Below are positions 50,436 to 60,560 of a DNA stretch of 64,000 nt, piece by piece. Position 1 is the first letter of the stretch. Every line of letters begins with the position of its first letter. A model generated the notes under the pieces. It saw only the letters and a list, made by a program, of their open reading frames with translations. It was not told the DNA's origin and searched no databases. The stretch comes from an uncultured Alphaproteobacteria bacterium (GTDB lineage Bacteria; Pseudomonadota; Alphaproteobacteria; Rs-D84). The position numbers and the translations under genes are program-made. The stretch spans positions 113,010 through 177,009 of the forward strand of contig CAMRSV010000001.1 of assembly GCA_947053455.1 (NCBI GenBank), given 5' to 3'.

Positions 50436-52739
50436 ATGAAATGGACTTTGGATTGGTTGTTGGAATATCTAAAAACGGATTTGAGCGCTGATGAAATCGC
50501 CGATGTTTTGACTAAAACTGGACTAGAGGTGGACGATGTTTTCGCGCCCATTGCGCCCGTTGCTGCAAAAATTGTGGAATGCGCCCCGGTAGAGGGTAGT
50601 GACCACCTGCATGTACTAAAGGTTGATGACGGCGCGTCAGATTTGCGCCAAGTTGTATGCGGCGCACCAAATGCACGCGTGGGACTTGTTTCTGCATTGG
50701 CACGACCCGGGTGCATTGTCGCAGGTCACAAAATAGAATCTGGCAAACTGCGCGGTGTTGTATCAAACGGCATGATGTGCAGTGAACGGGAATTGGGAAT
50801 TGGGGAAAATCACGACGGAATTATGGAATTACCAGCTGATACGCCCCTGGGGGCGCCCGTTTTGGATGTGGATACTGTATTTGATGCCGGAATTACACCA
50901 AATCGCCCGGATTACCTGGCGGTGCGTGGAATTGCACGGGATTTGATGGCCGTCGGTGCGGGGCAATATATTGCACCGATGGATTCGGAAATTTCCGATG
51001 TACCGACCGCGCGGCGCGTTATTGTTGAAACTGAAAAATGTCCAATTTACAGGTTCTGCGAAATTGCTGATATTAAAATGGCGCCAAGTGACAAGAAAAT
51101 CGCGCGGCGCTTGGCTGCAATCGGTATAAATCCGAAAAATGCGCCGATTGATGCAACAAATTACATCTGCTATGACATGGCGCAGCCTATGCATTGCTTT
51201 GACGCGGACGAAATCCAGGGGGATATAATTGTTCGTATGGCAAAGGATGGTGAAGAATTTACAGATTTGTTCGGGGCGACGCACGCATTATGCGATACAG
51301 ATATTGTAATCGCGGATAATGCCGGAATTTTGGCGCTGGCGGGTGTTATTGGTGGTGCGCGCGGGGCAACAACCGATAAAACCAAAAATATCATCCTAGA
51401 AAGCGCGTATTTCGATTCAGTTTGCGTACGCAAGACGTCAAAGCGTATCGGTGTGTCGACCGATGCATCATACAGGTATGAACGTGGAATTGACCCGACA
51501 ATATCAGGTGTTGCGATTGCGTCGGCGGCGCGCATTATAATGGATGCGTGTGGTGGTAAAATTGTCGGAACGGGTATTGGGGGCGCCGGCGTTAAAGATG
51601 CGCCGCAAATCGAATATTCGCCCGATTTATTCATGAAAAAGACAGGGATTGATATGCCTGCCATGCATCAGCGCCAGATTTTGGAAAATTTAGGCTTTGT
51701 TGTACGTGAATCCGGTGAAAAGTGGATTGTAACGCCACGTGCCGCGCGCGTGGATGTTCAAATTCCGGAAACTATTGTTGCAGAGTTGATGCGCATTTAT
51801 GGTTATGATAAAATTTCTGGCGCAAAATCAACTATTTGTACCGAACCGCGTCAACACGATATGCATGAAATGATGATAAAGACGCAGCTGGCGGCACGTG
51901 GGATAAATGAATGTAAATCATTCGGTTTTGGCAATAGTGCAACAGAAGTCGCATTGTTTGACCGGACGCCATTAAAAATTGCAAACCCGATTACGTCGGA
52001 TTTGGACACAATGCGTGGCGATTTGCTGGGGAATCTGTTAGTTGCGGTTGCAAATAATGAAAAGCGCGGATATCCGGATTTATCATTGTTTGAATTGGGG
52101 ACGGTTTTTACAGGATTTAACCCGGGCGAGCAGAAAACGTCGCTAACCATTGTGCGTACTGGGGCGACAGGACCAAAACATTGGTCCGGGCGCGCGCGCG
52201 CATACGACATATATGACGTCAAGGCGGATTTAATCGCATTAATGCAAGGTCAGCGCTTTACAGTTGATGCATCTAATCCACCCCGTTGGGCACATCCGTT
52301 TAGATATGGTGCAATTTATCAGGGTAAGAAGAAAATTGCCCAATTTGGGGAATTATCACCGGTTGTGGCAAAAAAATTGCGGATAAAGACCAATGTTGTT
52401 GTTGCAATTGTTGATGATATCGCCAATCTGCCCGGCATCAGACGCCCGAAAAATACGGTTCTGTCGGAATTTCAACCGATTACACGCGATTTTGCGTTTA
52501 TAACGGATGCAGACGCACAGGCCGAAAAAATAGTTGCCGCCGCTGCATCGGCCGATGCGCGCATAACTAATGTTGTTGTGTTTGATGCGTTTAATATGGG
52601 AGATGGAAAAAAATCAATTGCATTTACAATAACGGTTCAGCCGACTGCCAATATGTCGGATGAAGATTTATCCGCGCTGCAAAATGCGGTTATATCCCGT
52701 GTGGAATCAAAATGCGGTGCAAAAATCCGTGATAAATAA
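50436..52739 (+). CDS. pheT: Phenylalanine--tRNA ligase beta subunit
   Basis: 767 aa. tRNA-binding, B3/4, B5 and FDX-ACB domains. Confidence 0.9.
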   Translation: MKWTLDWLLEYLKTDLSADEIADVLTKTGLEVDDVFAPIAPVAAKIVECAPVEGSDHLHVLKVDDGASDLRQVVCGAPNARVGLVSALARPGCIVAGHKIESGKLRGVVSNGMMCSERELGIGENHDGIMELPADTPLGAPVLDVDTVFDAGITPNRPDYLAVRGIARDLMAVGAGQYIAPMDSEISDVPTARRVIVETEKCPIYRFCEIADIKMAPSDKKIARRLAAIGINPKNAPIDATNYICYDMAQPMHCFDADEIQGDIIVRMAKDGEEFTDLFGATHALCDTDIVIADNAGILALAGVIGGARGATTDKTKNIILESAYFDSVCVRKTSKRIGVSTDASYRYERGIDPTISGVAIASAARIIMDACGGKIVGTGIGGAGVKDAPQIEYSPDLFMKKTGIDMPAMHQRQILENLGFVVRESGEKWIVTPRAARVDVQIPETIVAELMRIYGYDKISGAKSTICTEPRQHDMHEMMIKTQLAARGINECKSFGFGNSATEVALFDRTPLKIANPITSDLDTMRGDLLGNLLVAVANNEKRGYPDLSLFELGTVFTGFNPGEQKTSLTIVRTGATGPKHWSGRARAYDIYDVKADLIALMQGQRFTVDASNPPRWAHPFRYGAIYQGKKKIAQFGELSPVVAKKLRIKTNVVVAIVDDIANLPGIRRPKNTVLSEFQPITRDFAFITDADAQAEKIVAAAASADARITNVVVFDAFNMGDGKKSIAFTITVQPTANMSDEDLSALQNAVISRVESKCGAKIRDK

Positions 52740-52752
52740 GTTGAATAAATGC

Positions 52753-52788
52753 ATAAAAATACCGGCATTTGCCGGTATTTTTATATGT
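52753..52788. repeat. Palindromic terminator-repeat family, copy 3
   Basis: AAAAATACCGGCatttGCCGGTATTTTTATATG between pheT and gpsA. Confidence 0.7.
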
Positions 52789-53644
52789 TTAATTTCTTGC
52801 GCATTTGATTTAGAACAGGTGTTGCCACATTATATTTTTCCGCGCGTGATAGCAAACCCAATAGTGCGGTTATACCTTCGACTGTACCGACGGGGGCGTT
52901 ACCGCGTGCAATATCCGCGCCGCCGGAAAAATTACGGCTGGTATATGACGTTGCCGACAGGAACAAATCCCCTATTCCACATAATTCGAAAAATGTTTCA
53001 AGTTTTGCGCCCGCGGCGGTTCCAATTTTTACAACTTCGCCCCAGGCTAGTGTGAATATTAATGCGCGTTCGTTTTCACCAGCCGCCGCCACAGAATTAT
53101 ACCCACAAATCAATGCTACGGCATTTTTGCCTATTCCGCAGATTTCGGCGCCTATTACGTCTTCGCTGTCGGTTAGGTACAGATTGCGTAGCGCATCATG
53201 TGCGGCGTTACGTGCGATTGACGTACCTGCTATGGTAGAACCCGTCGGGATGCCACGCGCCACCTCTGATGCAAATTGTGGCCCTGATAAAATGCCAAAA
53301 TTTTTGCATTCAGGTATCTCGGCATGCAAAATTTCAGACATAAAGCAGCCCGTTTCCGGTTCTGCCCCCTTGGTACAGATTATAATCGGCACGTTTTTAT
53401 AATGTTGCCGTGCCTTGCGCGCGGTTTCACGAAAAAATGCCGCTGGTGTTACCATAATCCATGCATCGCATCCGGACAAATCATGCATTTCACGGGTTAT
53501 TTGTATGTTTTTTGGTGTATCAACACCGTCAAAATCTGCGATTTTACCGTCATAAGACCATATTAAAACATCCGCACCACTGCGGGCAGCGCATATTCCC
53601 AGTGCTGTTCCCCATGCACCCGCGCCAATGATTGCCAGGTTCAT
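52781..53644 (-). CDS. gpsA: Glycerol-3-phosphate dehydrogenase [NAD(P)+] (short form, 287 aa)
   Basis: MNLAIIGAGAWGTALG Rossmann start. Confidence 0.8.
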   Translation of the reverse strand: MNLAIIGAGAWGTALGICAARSGADVLIWSYDGKIADFDGVDTPKNIQITREMHDLSGCDAWIMVTPAAFFRETARKARQHYKNVPIIICTKGAEPETGCFMSEILHAEIPECKNFGILSGPQFASEVARGIPTGSTIAGTSIARNAAHDALRNLYLTDSEDVIGAEICGIGKNAVALICGYNSVAAAGENERALIFTLAWGEVVKIGTAAGAKLETFFELCGIGDLFLSATSYTSRNFSGGADIARGNAPVGTVEGITALLGLLSRAEKYNVATPVLNQMRKKLNI

Positions 53645-55257
53645 TTTAATTTCCTTATTTTCTTTTTTAATTGCGGCGCCACGGTCAAACCATCGCCGGA
53701 CAATTCCAGGGCGCGCATATACGCATCGCGGGCGGCGTTAGTATTGCCCAATGCCTTATGCTGATCACCGATATTTTCAAACAGTGCGGAATTTGAATTG
53801 GATACCTCGCCTACGCGTTCTAATAATTTTAATGCCTCATCGGCACCTTCACGTGCCGCAACGACGCGCCCCAGCGTATCCCATGCCATAATATCGGTAG
53901 GGTTGCGTTTAATTATAGCCATTGCATAATCATATGCGTTTTCAATTTCGCGATTTTGAGCCGCCCATATTTTTGCCTGCAGTGATAATATTTCATCGTC
54001 CATTGACAAAACAGCCGCCGCATCATGCAAATCCGACTGGGCACGGTCAAGGTCGCCGAATACGAAATATATGTGCGCCCTGCTCTTTTTAAAGAACGCG
54101 CGTCCATCATCGCCAAGATTTTTACTTTTTAATGCACGGTTTACAACGCGCAAAGCCCGCTTTTGTTCGCCCTGTTCTATGTATTTTGCGACAAGCACAT
54201 TTGACGCCGACACGAACAACGGATTATCATCCAGCATTGTTTGTAATGCGTTTATGTCATTGCGTTTTTCCGCCATTCGCAGAACGGCAAACGGATAAAA
54301 CGGACTTTGTGGTTTTATCGTTTCAAAATATGTTGCCCAATCGCCAGTATTATTAAAGAAAAACTGACCCAGATAGTAATTTACGGCATCACCGTTTTTA
54401 CTGAAATCGTGTCCAACTATTTGTGCAAAGCGTAACAATAAAATTGCCAAATCAGAATACATCATAATCTGGGTGTGCGATACATTCTGAACCAGGCTGA
54501 AAGCCAAGGCATTTTTTAAACCTGAAAATGTGTTCCAATCTGGAAAATCACAAAATTCGGCCATAAACATTCCGCCCGGCATCGCAGTAAAACGCGCCCG
54601 CAATTTTTCGGCCGCCCCGTCCATATCATGTGCACGGAAAAAGGCCATTAAATACAAATAGTCGTTGATATTCATAAATTCCGGGCGAACCTTCTCGAAT
54701 TCGGTCGCAGCCTGTTCGGTGTTACCTGTTTCGGCATAAATTTGACCGGTGACAAATGATTTCCATGATTCGTTTGTCGGCAATTTTTTTATGAATTTCA
54801 ATGCATCCTGGGTGCGTCCGGTTGCAACCGAAGACCAAACACGCAATGGTGCAGCTAATGCCGATTCATCGTTCTTGTGGCGTTTGTATAATTCATCCCA
54901 ATTGCTTTCTGTGACTAGGTGCGCGTCGTATATTAATCTTGCGGCCAACCCGCCCTCGTCCGACAATTGGGCGGCGCCATCCGGCATGCGTCCGCTTAAA
55001 AATTCTGACATAATGCGCGTATTTTCAATGATTGGATAGTCTGTGTCTGAAACAGATTTCATTTCAAACGTCGCGCGGTCAAAATCATTTACATAAATTG
55101 CATGCTGGGCAGCCAAAAAGGCCCCATATTTTGTTGTTTGTTGATTTTCCGCAACGGTTTGCCCGACGCGGGTGCAATGTTGCCAAATCGTTATTCCGGT
55201 TGTGGCAACCCCAGCCAATAATATTGCGCTGATAAATAAGTTTTCTCTTTTTCTCAT
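53641..55257 (-). CDS. Tetratricopeptide-repeat protein with N-terminal TM anchor
   Basis: Start chosen at MRKREN (ATG 55257), followed by TM LFISAILLAGVATTGITIW. TPR-like helical repeats throughout. Confidence 0.5.
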   Translation of the reverse strand: MRKRENLFISAILLAGVATTGITIWQHCTRVGQTVAENQQTTKYGAFLAAQHAIYVNDFDRATFEMKSVSDTDYPIIENTRIMSEFLSGRMPDGAAQLSDEGGLAARLIYDAHLVTESNWDELYKRHKNDESALAAPLRVWSSVATGRTQDALKFIKKLPTNESWKSFVTGQIYAETGNTEQAATEFEKVRPEFMNINDYLYLMAFFRAHDMDGAAEKLRARFTAMPGGMFMAEFCDFPDWNTFSGLKNALAFSLVQNVSHTQIMMYSDLAILLLRFAQIVGHDFSKNGDAVNYYLGQFFFNNTGDWATYFETIKPQSPFYPFAVLRMAEKRNDINALQTMLDDNPLFVSASNVLVAKYIEQGEQKRALRVVNRALKSKNLGDDGRAFFKKSRAHIYFVFGDLDRAQSDLHDAAAVLSMDDEILSLQAKIWAAQNREIENAYDYAMAIIKRNPTDIMAWDTLGRVVAAREGADEALKLLERVGEVSNSNSALFENIGDQHKALGNTNAARDAYMRALELSGDGLTVAPQLKKKIRKLK

Positions 55258-55278
55258 GATTATGTTAGAATACCCAAT

Positions 55279-55854
55279 ATGATTGATAATGTCAAATTTG
55301 AACAATACGAAAAAATGTTGCGCGATTGGTCGGCGCGCATGAATTTGGTTGCCCCCAGCACGCTGGCCGACATAAAGATGCGACATTTTGCCGATTCGGC
55401 ACAGTTGGCAAATTTACTGCCGCGTGATGCGCAGATTGTAGATTTGGGCAGCGGTGCCGGATTCCCCGGCGTGGTTTTGGCCATATTGGGATGGCGCGTG
55501 ACATGTATTGAATCTATTGGCAAAAAGGCTGCATTTTTGTCGGCATTAAAAGATGAATTAGATTTGCCGAATTTAACCGTGTTTCATGGCCGGGTTGAAG
55601 ACTATATAAAAAAATTACGCCCCGTGCCCGAAAATTTGATTTTTACTGCCCGCGCATTTGCCTCATTAACCAAAATTCTGGATTATGTCGCACCGGCAAA
55701 TCGCCAATTGTTTTTATTAAAAGGCCGGGATATTGCATCCGAGATTGATGCCGCAAAACAAAAATATAAGTTTGATTACGAACTTGTGCCGTCCAAAACA
55801 GGTGATGGTTTTGTGATTATTATTAAAAATTGCCGGTTGTTTCATGTGAAATAA
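55279..55854 (+). CDS. rsmG: 16S rRNA (guanine527-N7)-methyltransferase
   Basis: GidB family: SAM motif VDLGSGAGFPG. Confidence 0.85.
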   Translation: MIDNVKFEQYEKMLRDWSARMNLVAPSTLADIKMRHFADSAQLANLLPRDAQIVDLGSGAGFPGVVLAILGWRVTCIESIGKKAAFLSALKDELDLPNLTVFHGRVEDYIKKLRPVPENLIFTARAFASLTKILDYVAPANRQLFLLKGRDIASEIDAAKQKYKFDYELVPSKTGDGFVIIIKNCRLFHVK

Positions 55855-55871
55855 GCTGTAACTTATTGTTT

Positions 55872-56789
55872 TTAGCGTGTTTTAATGTTTTTATAAAAAT
55901 GCTTGTTTTGGCCGGCGATTTTTATAACCAAAGAATCTATTTTTGTAATCAAGTTAGTTTTTGTGAGATTTGATGAATGTATCCATGGGTTAACCGTGCC
56001 GCGACGACTTTCGAATTGCCATAATGGTTCCCATATGTTTAAGTCCGGATTAAACAGCGAATACTGCGCGGTTTCGCAATGTTCGCATGGTATATATAAT
56101 ATTTGTCTGTTGGCCAGCTTTTCGGAAATTGCCTTGCGGTAAAGGTGACTGTGTTTTAAAAAATATTCGCCGGCATGTCTAATGGTTATGTCTGCAATTT
56201 TTTGGTTATTGAAATCAATCGGCCATTCCAGATTGGTTGCCTTTATTTCTGCTAAAATCTCGTTGCGCGCCAATCGTGTCAAGTTATCCAATCCTGGGTA
56301 CTTTTTCCCGGTATCAAATTCATAATCCAATGCGGCGATTATTTCGGCGGTACATGAAACTATTTCATTAAAAACCTCTACACGGGCGCGGGTTGTTCCG
56401 GTGTAAACCGGTTTGTTGACCAGAGCCGCCTTTCGTGCATGTTCCATTTCGTGTCGCATCACAGTAATTCTGCGCGTGCAAATATATTTGCAAAAATTTT
56501 GTATTTCAGTGGTGCTATCCTGTGCCAGATAGTGGTTAATTTTGATTCGGTTTTTATAATTATTAAAACTTCCCAGCGTATATCGTTTTTTTATTTTATT
56601 AAAATTTTCACGGCTGATATAAATCGTATCGTGTGTAAAATCTAGTTTTTGTGGCCATAATGGCATACCGGTATTTGCCGGTATTTTTTCGATTGTTTTG
56701 TGTCTTGATATGGGGCCGTTTGTTGTCATAATAAACGCCACAGACAAAACAAATGCAATTGATAAAAACGCTTTTTCTGAATATTTCAT
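55872..56789 (-). CDS. Hypothetical secreted or membrane protein with an HEMEH metalloprotease-like motif, inserted between rsmG and parA
   Basis: RHEMEHARKAAL HExxH. Alternative starts at 56813, 56789 and 56666. A copy of the palindromic repeat lies at 56667-56684 inside the N-terminal region. Confidence 0.4.
   Translation of the reverse strand: MKYSEKAFLSIAFVLSVAFIMTTNGPISRHKTIEKIPANTGMPLWPQKLDFTHDTIYISRENFNKIKKRYTLGSFNNYKNRIKINHYLAQDSTTEIQNFCKYICTRRITVMRHEMEHARKAALVNKPVYTGTTRARVEVFNEIVSCTAEIIAALDYEFDTGKKYPGLDNLTRLARNEILAEIKATNLEWPIDFNNQKIADITIRHAGEYFLKHSHLYRKAISEKLANRQILYIPCEHCETAQYSLFNPDLNIWEPLWQFESRRGTVNPWIHSSNLTKTNLITKIDSLVIKIAGQNKHFYKNIKTR
56660..56690. repeat. Palindromic repeat family, variant copy (TACCGGtatttgCCGGTA + T-run)
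   Basis: Same arms as the other copies. Located within or just upstream of the N-terminus of the HExxH ORF. Confidence 0.55.
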
Positions 56790-56961
56790 ACAAAAAATAT
56801 AGTTCAAAAACACTTGTTTGTCAATAAAAACGTTTGTTATTTCATGTGAAACAAACTTTATCTCATTGTTTATTCTATGTTTTTATAATTTTGTGTTTAA
56901 ATATCTTGACATGGTAAAGGTGGTTTTAATAACCTTCAACATGAAAAAGAAACGGATTAAA

Positions 56962-57744
56962 ATGACAAAAGTAATCGCATTTGCAAATCAAAAGGGCGGG
57001 GTTGGTAAAACCACAACCGCCATTAATATCGGTGCGTCGTTGGCGGCGATAAAAAAACGTGTGTTGTTAATTGATTTAGACCCCCAAGGTAATGCAGGAA
57101 CGGGCCTTGGGTTTGTTCGCGCATCACATCGACAAAGTGTTTATGGCGTTATAATGGGAATGGCGTCGGCGGCTGATAACATTTTATCAACTGCGGTGCC
57201 GGGGCTGCATATTATGCCATCGTCCCAGGCACTATCTGGGGCAGAGGTTGATTTGCTGGATATGGATAACCGTGAATATCGTTTGCGTGACGCATTGGCG
57301 TCCGTGCGCGACCATTATGATTACATATTATTGGATTGTCCGCCGGCGTTGGGGTATTTGACGCTAAATGCGCTGACGACAGCCGACGCGGTAATAATCC
57401 CGTTACAGTGCGAATTCTTCGCGTTGGAGGGTATTCAGCACCTGGTCAACACAATTTCAGAGGTTCAGACAAAATGGAACCCTAATTTGGAAATTCTGGG
57501 GGTTTTGCTAACCATGTACGACAAACGGTATGGCTTGACACGAGCGGTTGACGAAGATGTAAGAAATACGTTTGGTGACCGGGTTTTCAAAACCGTTGTC
57601 CCACGTAATGTTCGTGTGTCCGAGGCACCAAGTCACGGCAAGCCGGCATTGTTTTATGATTTTAATTCAAGTGGCGCCCAGGCGTACCTGCGCGTCGCGA
57701 CAGAGGTTGTTCAAAAAACAGAAGGGGATTTAACAAATGTCTAA
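56962..57744 (+). CDS. parA: Chromosome partitioning ATPase ParA
   Basis: KVIAFANQKGGVGKTTT deviant Walker A. Start ATG 56962 (alternatives 56941, 56818). Confidence 0.85.
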   Translation: MTKVIAFANQKGGVGKTTTAINIGASLAAIKKRVLLIDLDPQGNAGTGLGFVRASHRQSVYGVIMGMASAADNILSTAVPGLHIMPSSQALSGAEVDLLDMDNREYRLRDALASVRDHYDYILLDCPPALGYLTLNALTTADAVIIPLQCEFFALEGIQHLVNTISEVQTKWNPNLEILGVLLTMYDKRYGLTRAVDEDVRNTFGDRVFKTVVPRNVRVSEAPSHGKPALFYDFNSSGAQAYLRVATEVVQKTEGDLTNV

Positions 57745-58612
57745 ATTTGGATTGGGACGCGGCTTGGCCGACTTAAAAAATGAAATGGGGACAATTCCCG
57801 ATATATCGATTTTAACCGGTGCAGAGCGCGTTGTTGTAAAGCAGATTCCAATAGTTCAAATTGGCGCCAACCCTGATCAGCCACGCAAGACTTTTTCTGA
57901 TAATGAATTGTCGGATTTGGCAGCATCTATCAAAGAAAAGGGTGTTTTACAGCCAATATTGCTGCGTGCGGTGTCAGGGCGCCCGTATTTGTACGAAATT
58001 GTCGCCGGTGAACGCCGTTACCGAGCTAGCAAAATGGCTGGATTGTCCGAAATACCCGCGCTGGTAAAGACTTTGAATGACGAAAATGCAATGGAAATTG
58101 CATTGATTGAAAATGTGCAGCGTGAAAATCTAAATCCAATAGAAGAGGGCGCTGCATATAAAAACTTGATGGAAAAGTGCGGATACGAATTGGCAGATGT
58201 GTCGCGTCTTATCGGAAAATCAGAAAGTTATATAAAAAACATAATGCGCTTGGATGCTTTGCCGGCTGATGTAAAGGTCATGGTGGAGGATGGGGCGCTT
58301 TCCGCGTCACATGCCCGAACAATTTCAGTGGCAGAAAACCCGTCAGAGATTGCGCGTGAAATTGTTGCAGAAAAATTATCAGTTTCCGAAACACAGAAAC
58401 GCGTAAAAAGTGGCGCCCGATGTGTCACAAGCCGCGCAAGCACAAGTAGCGGCATGCAGGCTGATGAAATTTGTGAAATAGAAAGGCAGTTGGAATCCGC
58501 AATTGGGGCGCCGGTTAAATTACAGGAACGACGCGGTGGTGCAGGGCAGTTTGTGATACAATTTTCAACCCGGACACAGATGCGTGAATTAATTGAAAGA
58601 TTAACCAAATAA
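57737..58612 (+). CDS. parB: Chromosome partitioning protein ParB
   Basis: ParB box GERR (AGERRYRAS). HTH. 291 aa. Confidence 0.85.
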   Translation: MSKFGLGRGLADLKNEMGTIPDISILTGAERVVVKQIPIVQIGANPDQPRKTFSDNELSDLAASIKEKGVLQPILLRAVSGRPYLYEIVAGERRYRASKMAGLSEIPALVKTLNDENAMEIALIENVQRENLNPIEEGAAYKNLMEKCGYELADVSRLIGKSESYIKNIMRLDALPADVKVMVEDGALSASHARTISVAENPSEIAREIVAEKLSVSETQKRVKSGARCVTSRASTSSGMQADEICEIERQLESAIGAPVKLQERRGGAGQFVIQFSTRTQMRELIERLTK

Positions 58613-58617
58613 ATATA

Positions 58618-58652
58618 TAAAAAACACCGGCATTTGCCGGTGTTTTTTAATT
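58618..58652. repeat. Palindromic terminator-repeat family, copy 4
   Basis: AAAAAACACCGGCatttGCCGGTGTTTTTTAAT between parB and the Cys-rich gene. Confidence 0.7.
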
Positions 58653-58913
58653 AGAATAATTGCAGTTTGCCGTGTATTGGAAATCACCGGTTGAATCTGA
58701 TTTCTGGGTGCCTGATGGCAGATAGCAGGCGGTCTTGCCGGTTTTATTTCGGTCGGCAGATGTGCCGCCATCCGGACAGGGCAGGCATTGGCCGTTTTCA
58801 AGGTAATATCCCGCCTTGCATGCGGTATAAGATATTGGGTTTGCAACGCAGGCGGCATATGCTATGCCAGGCCCCATGGCAAATAAAACAAAAAATAATG
58901 ATTTTTTTAGCAT
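58647..58913 (-). CDS. Small secreted Cys-rich protein, paralog family member 2
   Basis: Signal peptide ending AYA. CKAGYYLENGQCLPCPDGGTS and DFQYTANCNYSN align with 2639-3076. Confidence 0.65.
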   Translation of the reverse strand: MLKKSLFFVLFAMGPGIAYAACVANPISYTACKAGYYLENGQCLPCPDGGTSADRNKTGKTACYLPSGTQKSDSTGDFQYTANCNYSN

Positions 58914-58934
58914 ATAAACTTCCTTTAGTATATT

Positions 58935-59300
58935 TTAAATTTTGTCCCCAGGATAAAGATAGCTGCATATAAAACATTTATTTATGCCTCCTGGCGTGTG
59001 GTTTGTATAGTAAAAGCATGTTTCTCTTGATGGGGTTGCAGCGCATGTGCCATATGTTTGCGAGTAATATCCCTTATTATCGCTGGTTTCCCGGTCTTTT
59101 ATACGCGTGCAGGTGTTTCCGGTCAATGATAATATCCAGCCAGTTGGGCAAGAGTATGTTGTTTCTGTTTCCAGACTCGGGCAACAATAACCGCTTTCTT
59201 TATTAGCGCAGCATTCTAATTGATCTGGGCATGTTAACGAGGCTTGTGCTGTTGTAATAAATGCAAACGCAAGAATAAAAAACGGTATAAATTTTGTCAT
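58935..59300 (-). CDS. Small secreted Cys-rich protein, divergent family member 3
   Basis: Signal peptide ending AQA. 14 Cys. GYY..x..G.C element. Confidence 0.55.
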   Translation of the reverse strand: MTKFIPFFILAFAFITTAQASLTCPDQLECCANKESGYCCPSLETETTYSCPTGWILSLTGNTCTRIKDRETSDNKGYYSQTYGTCAATPSRETCFYYTNHTPGGINKCFICSYLYPGDKI

Positions 59301-59450
59301 TTTTGGCCTCTTTATTGGTTAAAACAAAACCACCAGGTTTTTTTGGTGGTCAGGAGGCTGAGAACAATTGCACGAATTGCACGATTTATTGGTTATTTAA
59401 TCGCCCTCCTGACCGTGGTCAGGAGTTTGTTTATCGTCGTAATAAAAACG
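59301..59450 (-). promoter_or_regulatory. Structured 5' leader (attenuator-like) of the Cys-rich gene pair
   Basis: GGTCAGGAGG (59348-57), CCTCCTGACC (59405-14) and GGTCAGGAG (59417-25) give alternative pairings. On the mRNA a CCACCA-n8-TGGTGG hairpin plus U-run lies directly adjacent. Architecture is the same as 2440-2638. Confidence 0.5.
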
Positions 59451-59599
59451 GCATGATACGCCACAAATATATTCCGACGTGTGCAATAGGGATTCTCAGG
59501 CCCTGCCGCGGTAACCCACCGCGATATAAAGATTATATGAATTTTCATGAATTGTGTAAAGTCAAAAAGGCCATATTGATAAATATTGCATTACAAACA

Positions 59600-60560
59600 A
59601 AAGCTTTGTCAATTTTATTTTAGTAAAATGTATAAAAATACCGGTTTTCTGCGGTTTTTAGAAATTTCTTGAATCGTTTCAAAGGATTTTTGCGGGTACA
59701 TATTGCCGTGTTTGTCGGCGCAAAAACAGCCATATTTCAGGTGTTTTTTTGCCATATTATAGTGTGCTTTTGTGGGGTATAAATCTTGCTATATGATAAG
59801 CGGATTTATCTAAAATGTATATGGCGTTATTGCATGACTGTGTGGTGGCGTTTTTTTTATCAAATGGTTGTGTCATGATGGCTTTTTATTAGTAATTCTT
59901 TATAAAACATATGTTTTTTAAGGCCTAATGTACGGTTAAAATACAATTTTTTGCGTATGATTTTGTTATAAAATTGTCGGCAAATACCGGTATTTTAATT
60001 TATAAAATATCTATATCGATAGATATATGCAAAATGTGAGTGTATTTTGTTAATTTTTAATAAAATGCCGATTTGAAAAAGCCGTTTTTCTTGTGCGGTT
60101 CATGATTGGATGCTAAAAAAATATAAAATAATATTAAAAAAAGCATGCTTGTTGATGATGAAATTTCCGTAAATATTACCGCATTTCTTAAACATTTGCC
60201 AAATAATATATGTACCAATAATCGTGTTGTCAATAAAAAAGACCTTTTTGTTATTTCATTGTATTTTTTAGTCTAAATAAGTATAATGATTCTATGATTT
60301 TTTTCAGGTTTTCTGCGGCTTGTAGGGATTTATTGCAAAGTTATAGTGATGTAGGGTAAAGATAATACCGGTACATATTGCCGTGTTTGTCAACCTGTTT
60401 TTTGTGGTTTTTAGGGAAAAAGTTGTATTACTTATTTGTTGTCTTGAATTTATTGTCAATATTGTTAAATAGATTGCGTATTTTATATGGTTATGTGTGG
60501 TTTTTAGGACTGTGTTGGGTATTTATTTATCTTTAATATGTCATCAATGGGGATTGGCAT
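59600..60560. repeat. Repeat-rich AT-rich non-coding tract with degenerate direct repeats
   Basis: Exact 21-bp repeat GTACATATTGCCGTGTTTGTC at 59699 and 60374. Recurring TTTTCTGCGG, GTGGTTTTTAGG and TACCGGTA motifs. No ORF with coding character. Confidence 0.5.

Noticed and set aside
59600-60560. Possible CRISPR array because of recurring short repeats
   Set aside because: Repeats are degenerate and irregularly spaced, with no constant repeat-spacer periodicity. No cas genes nearby.
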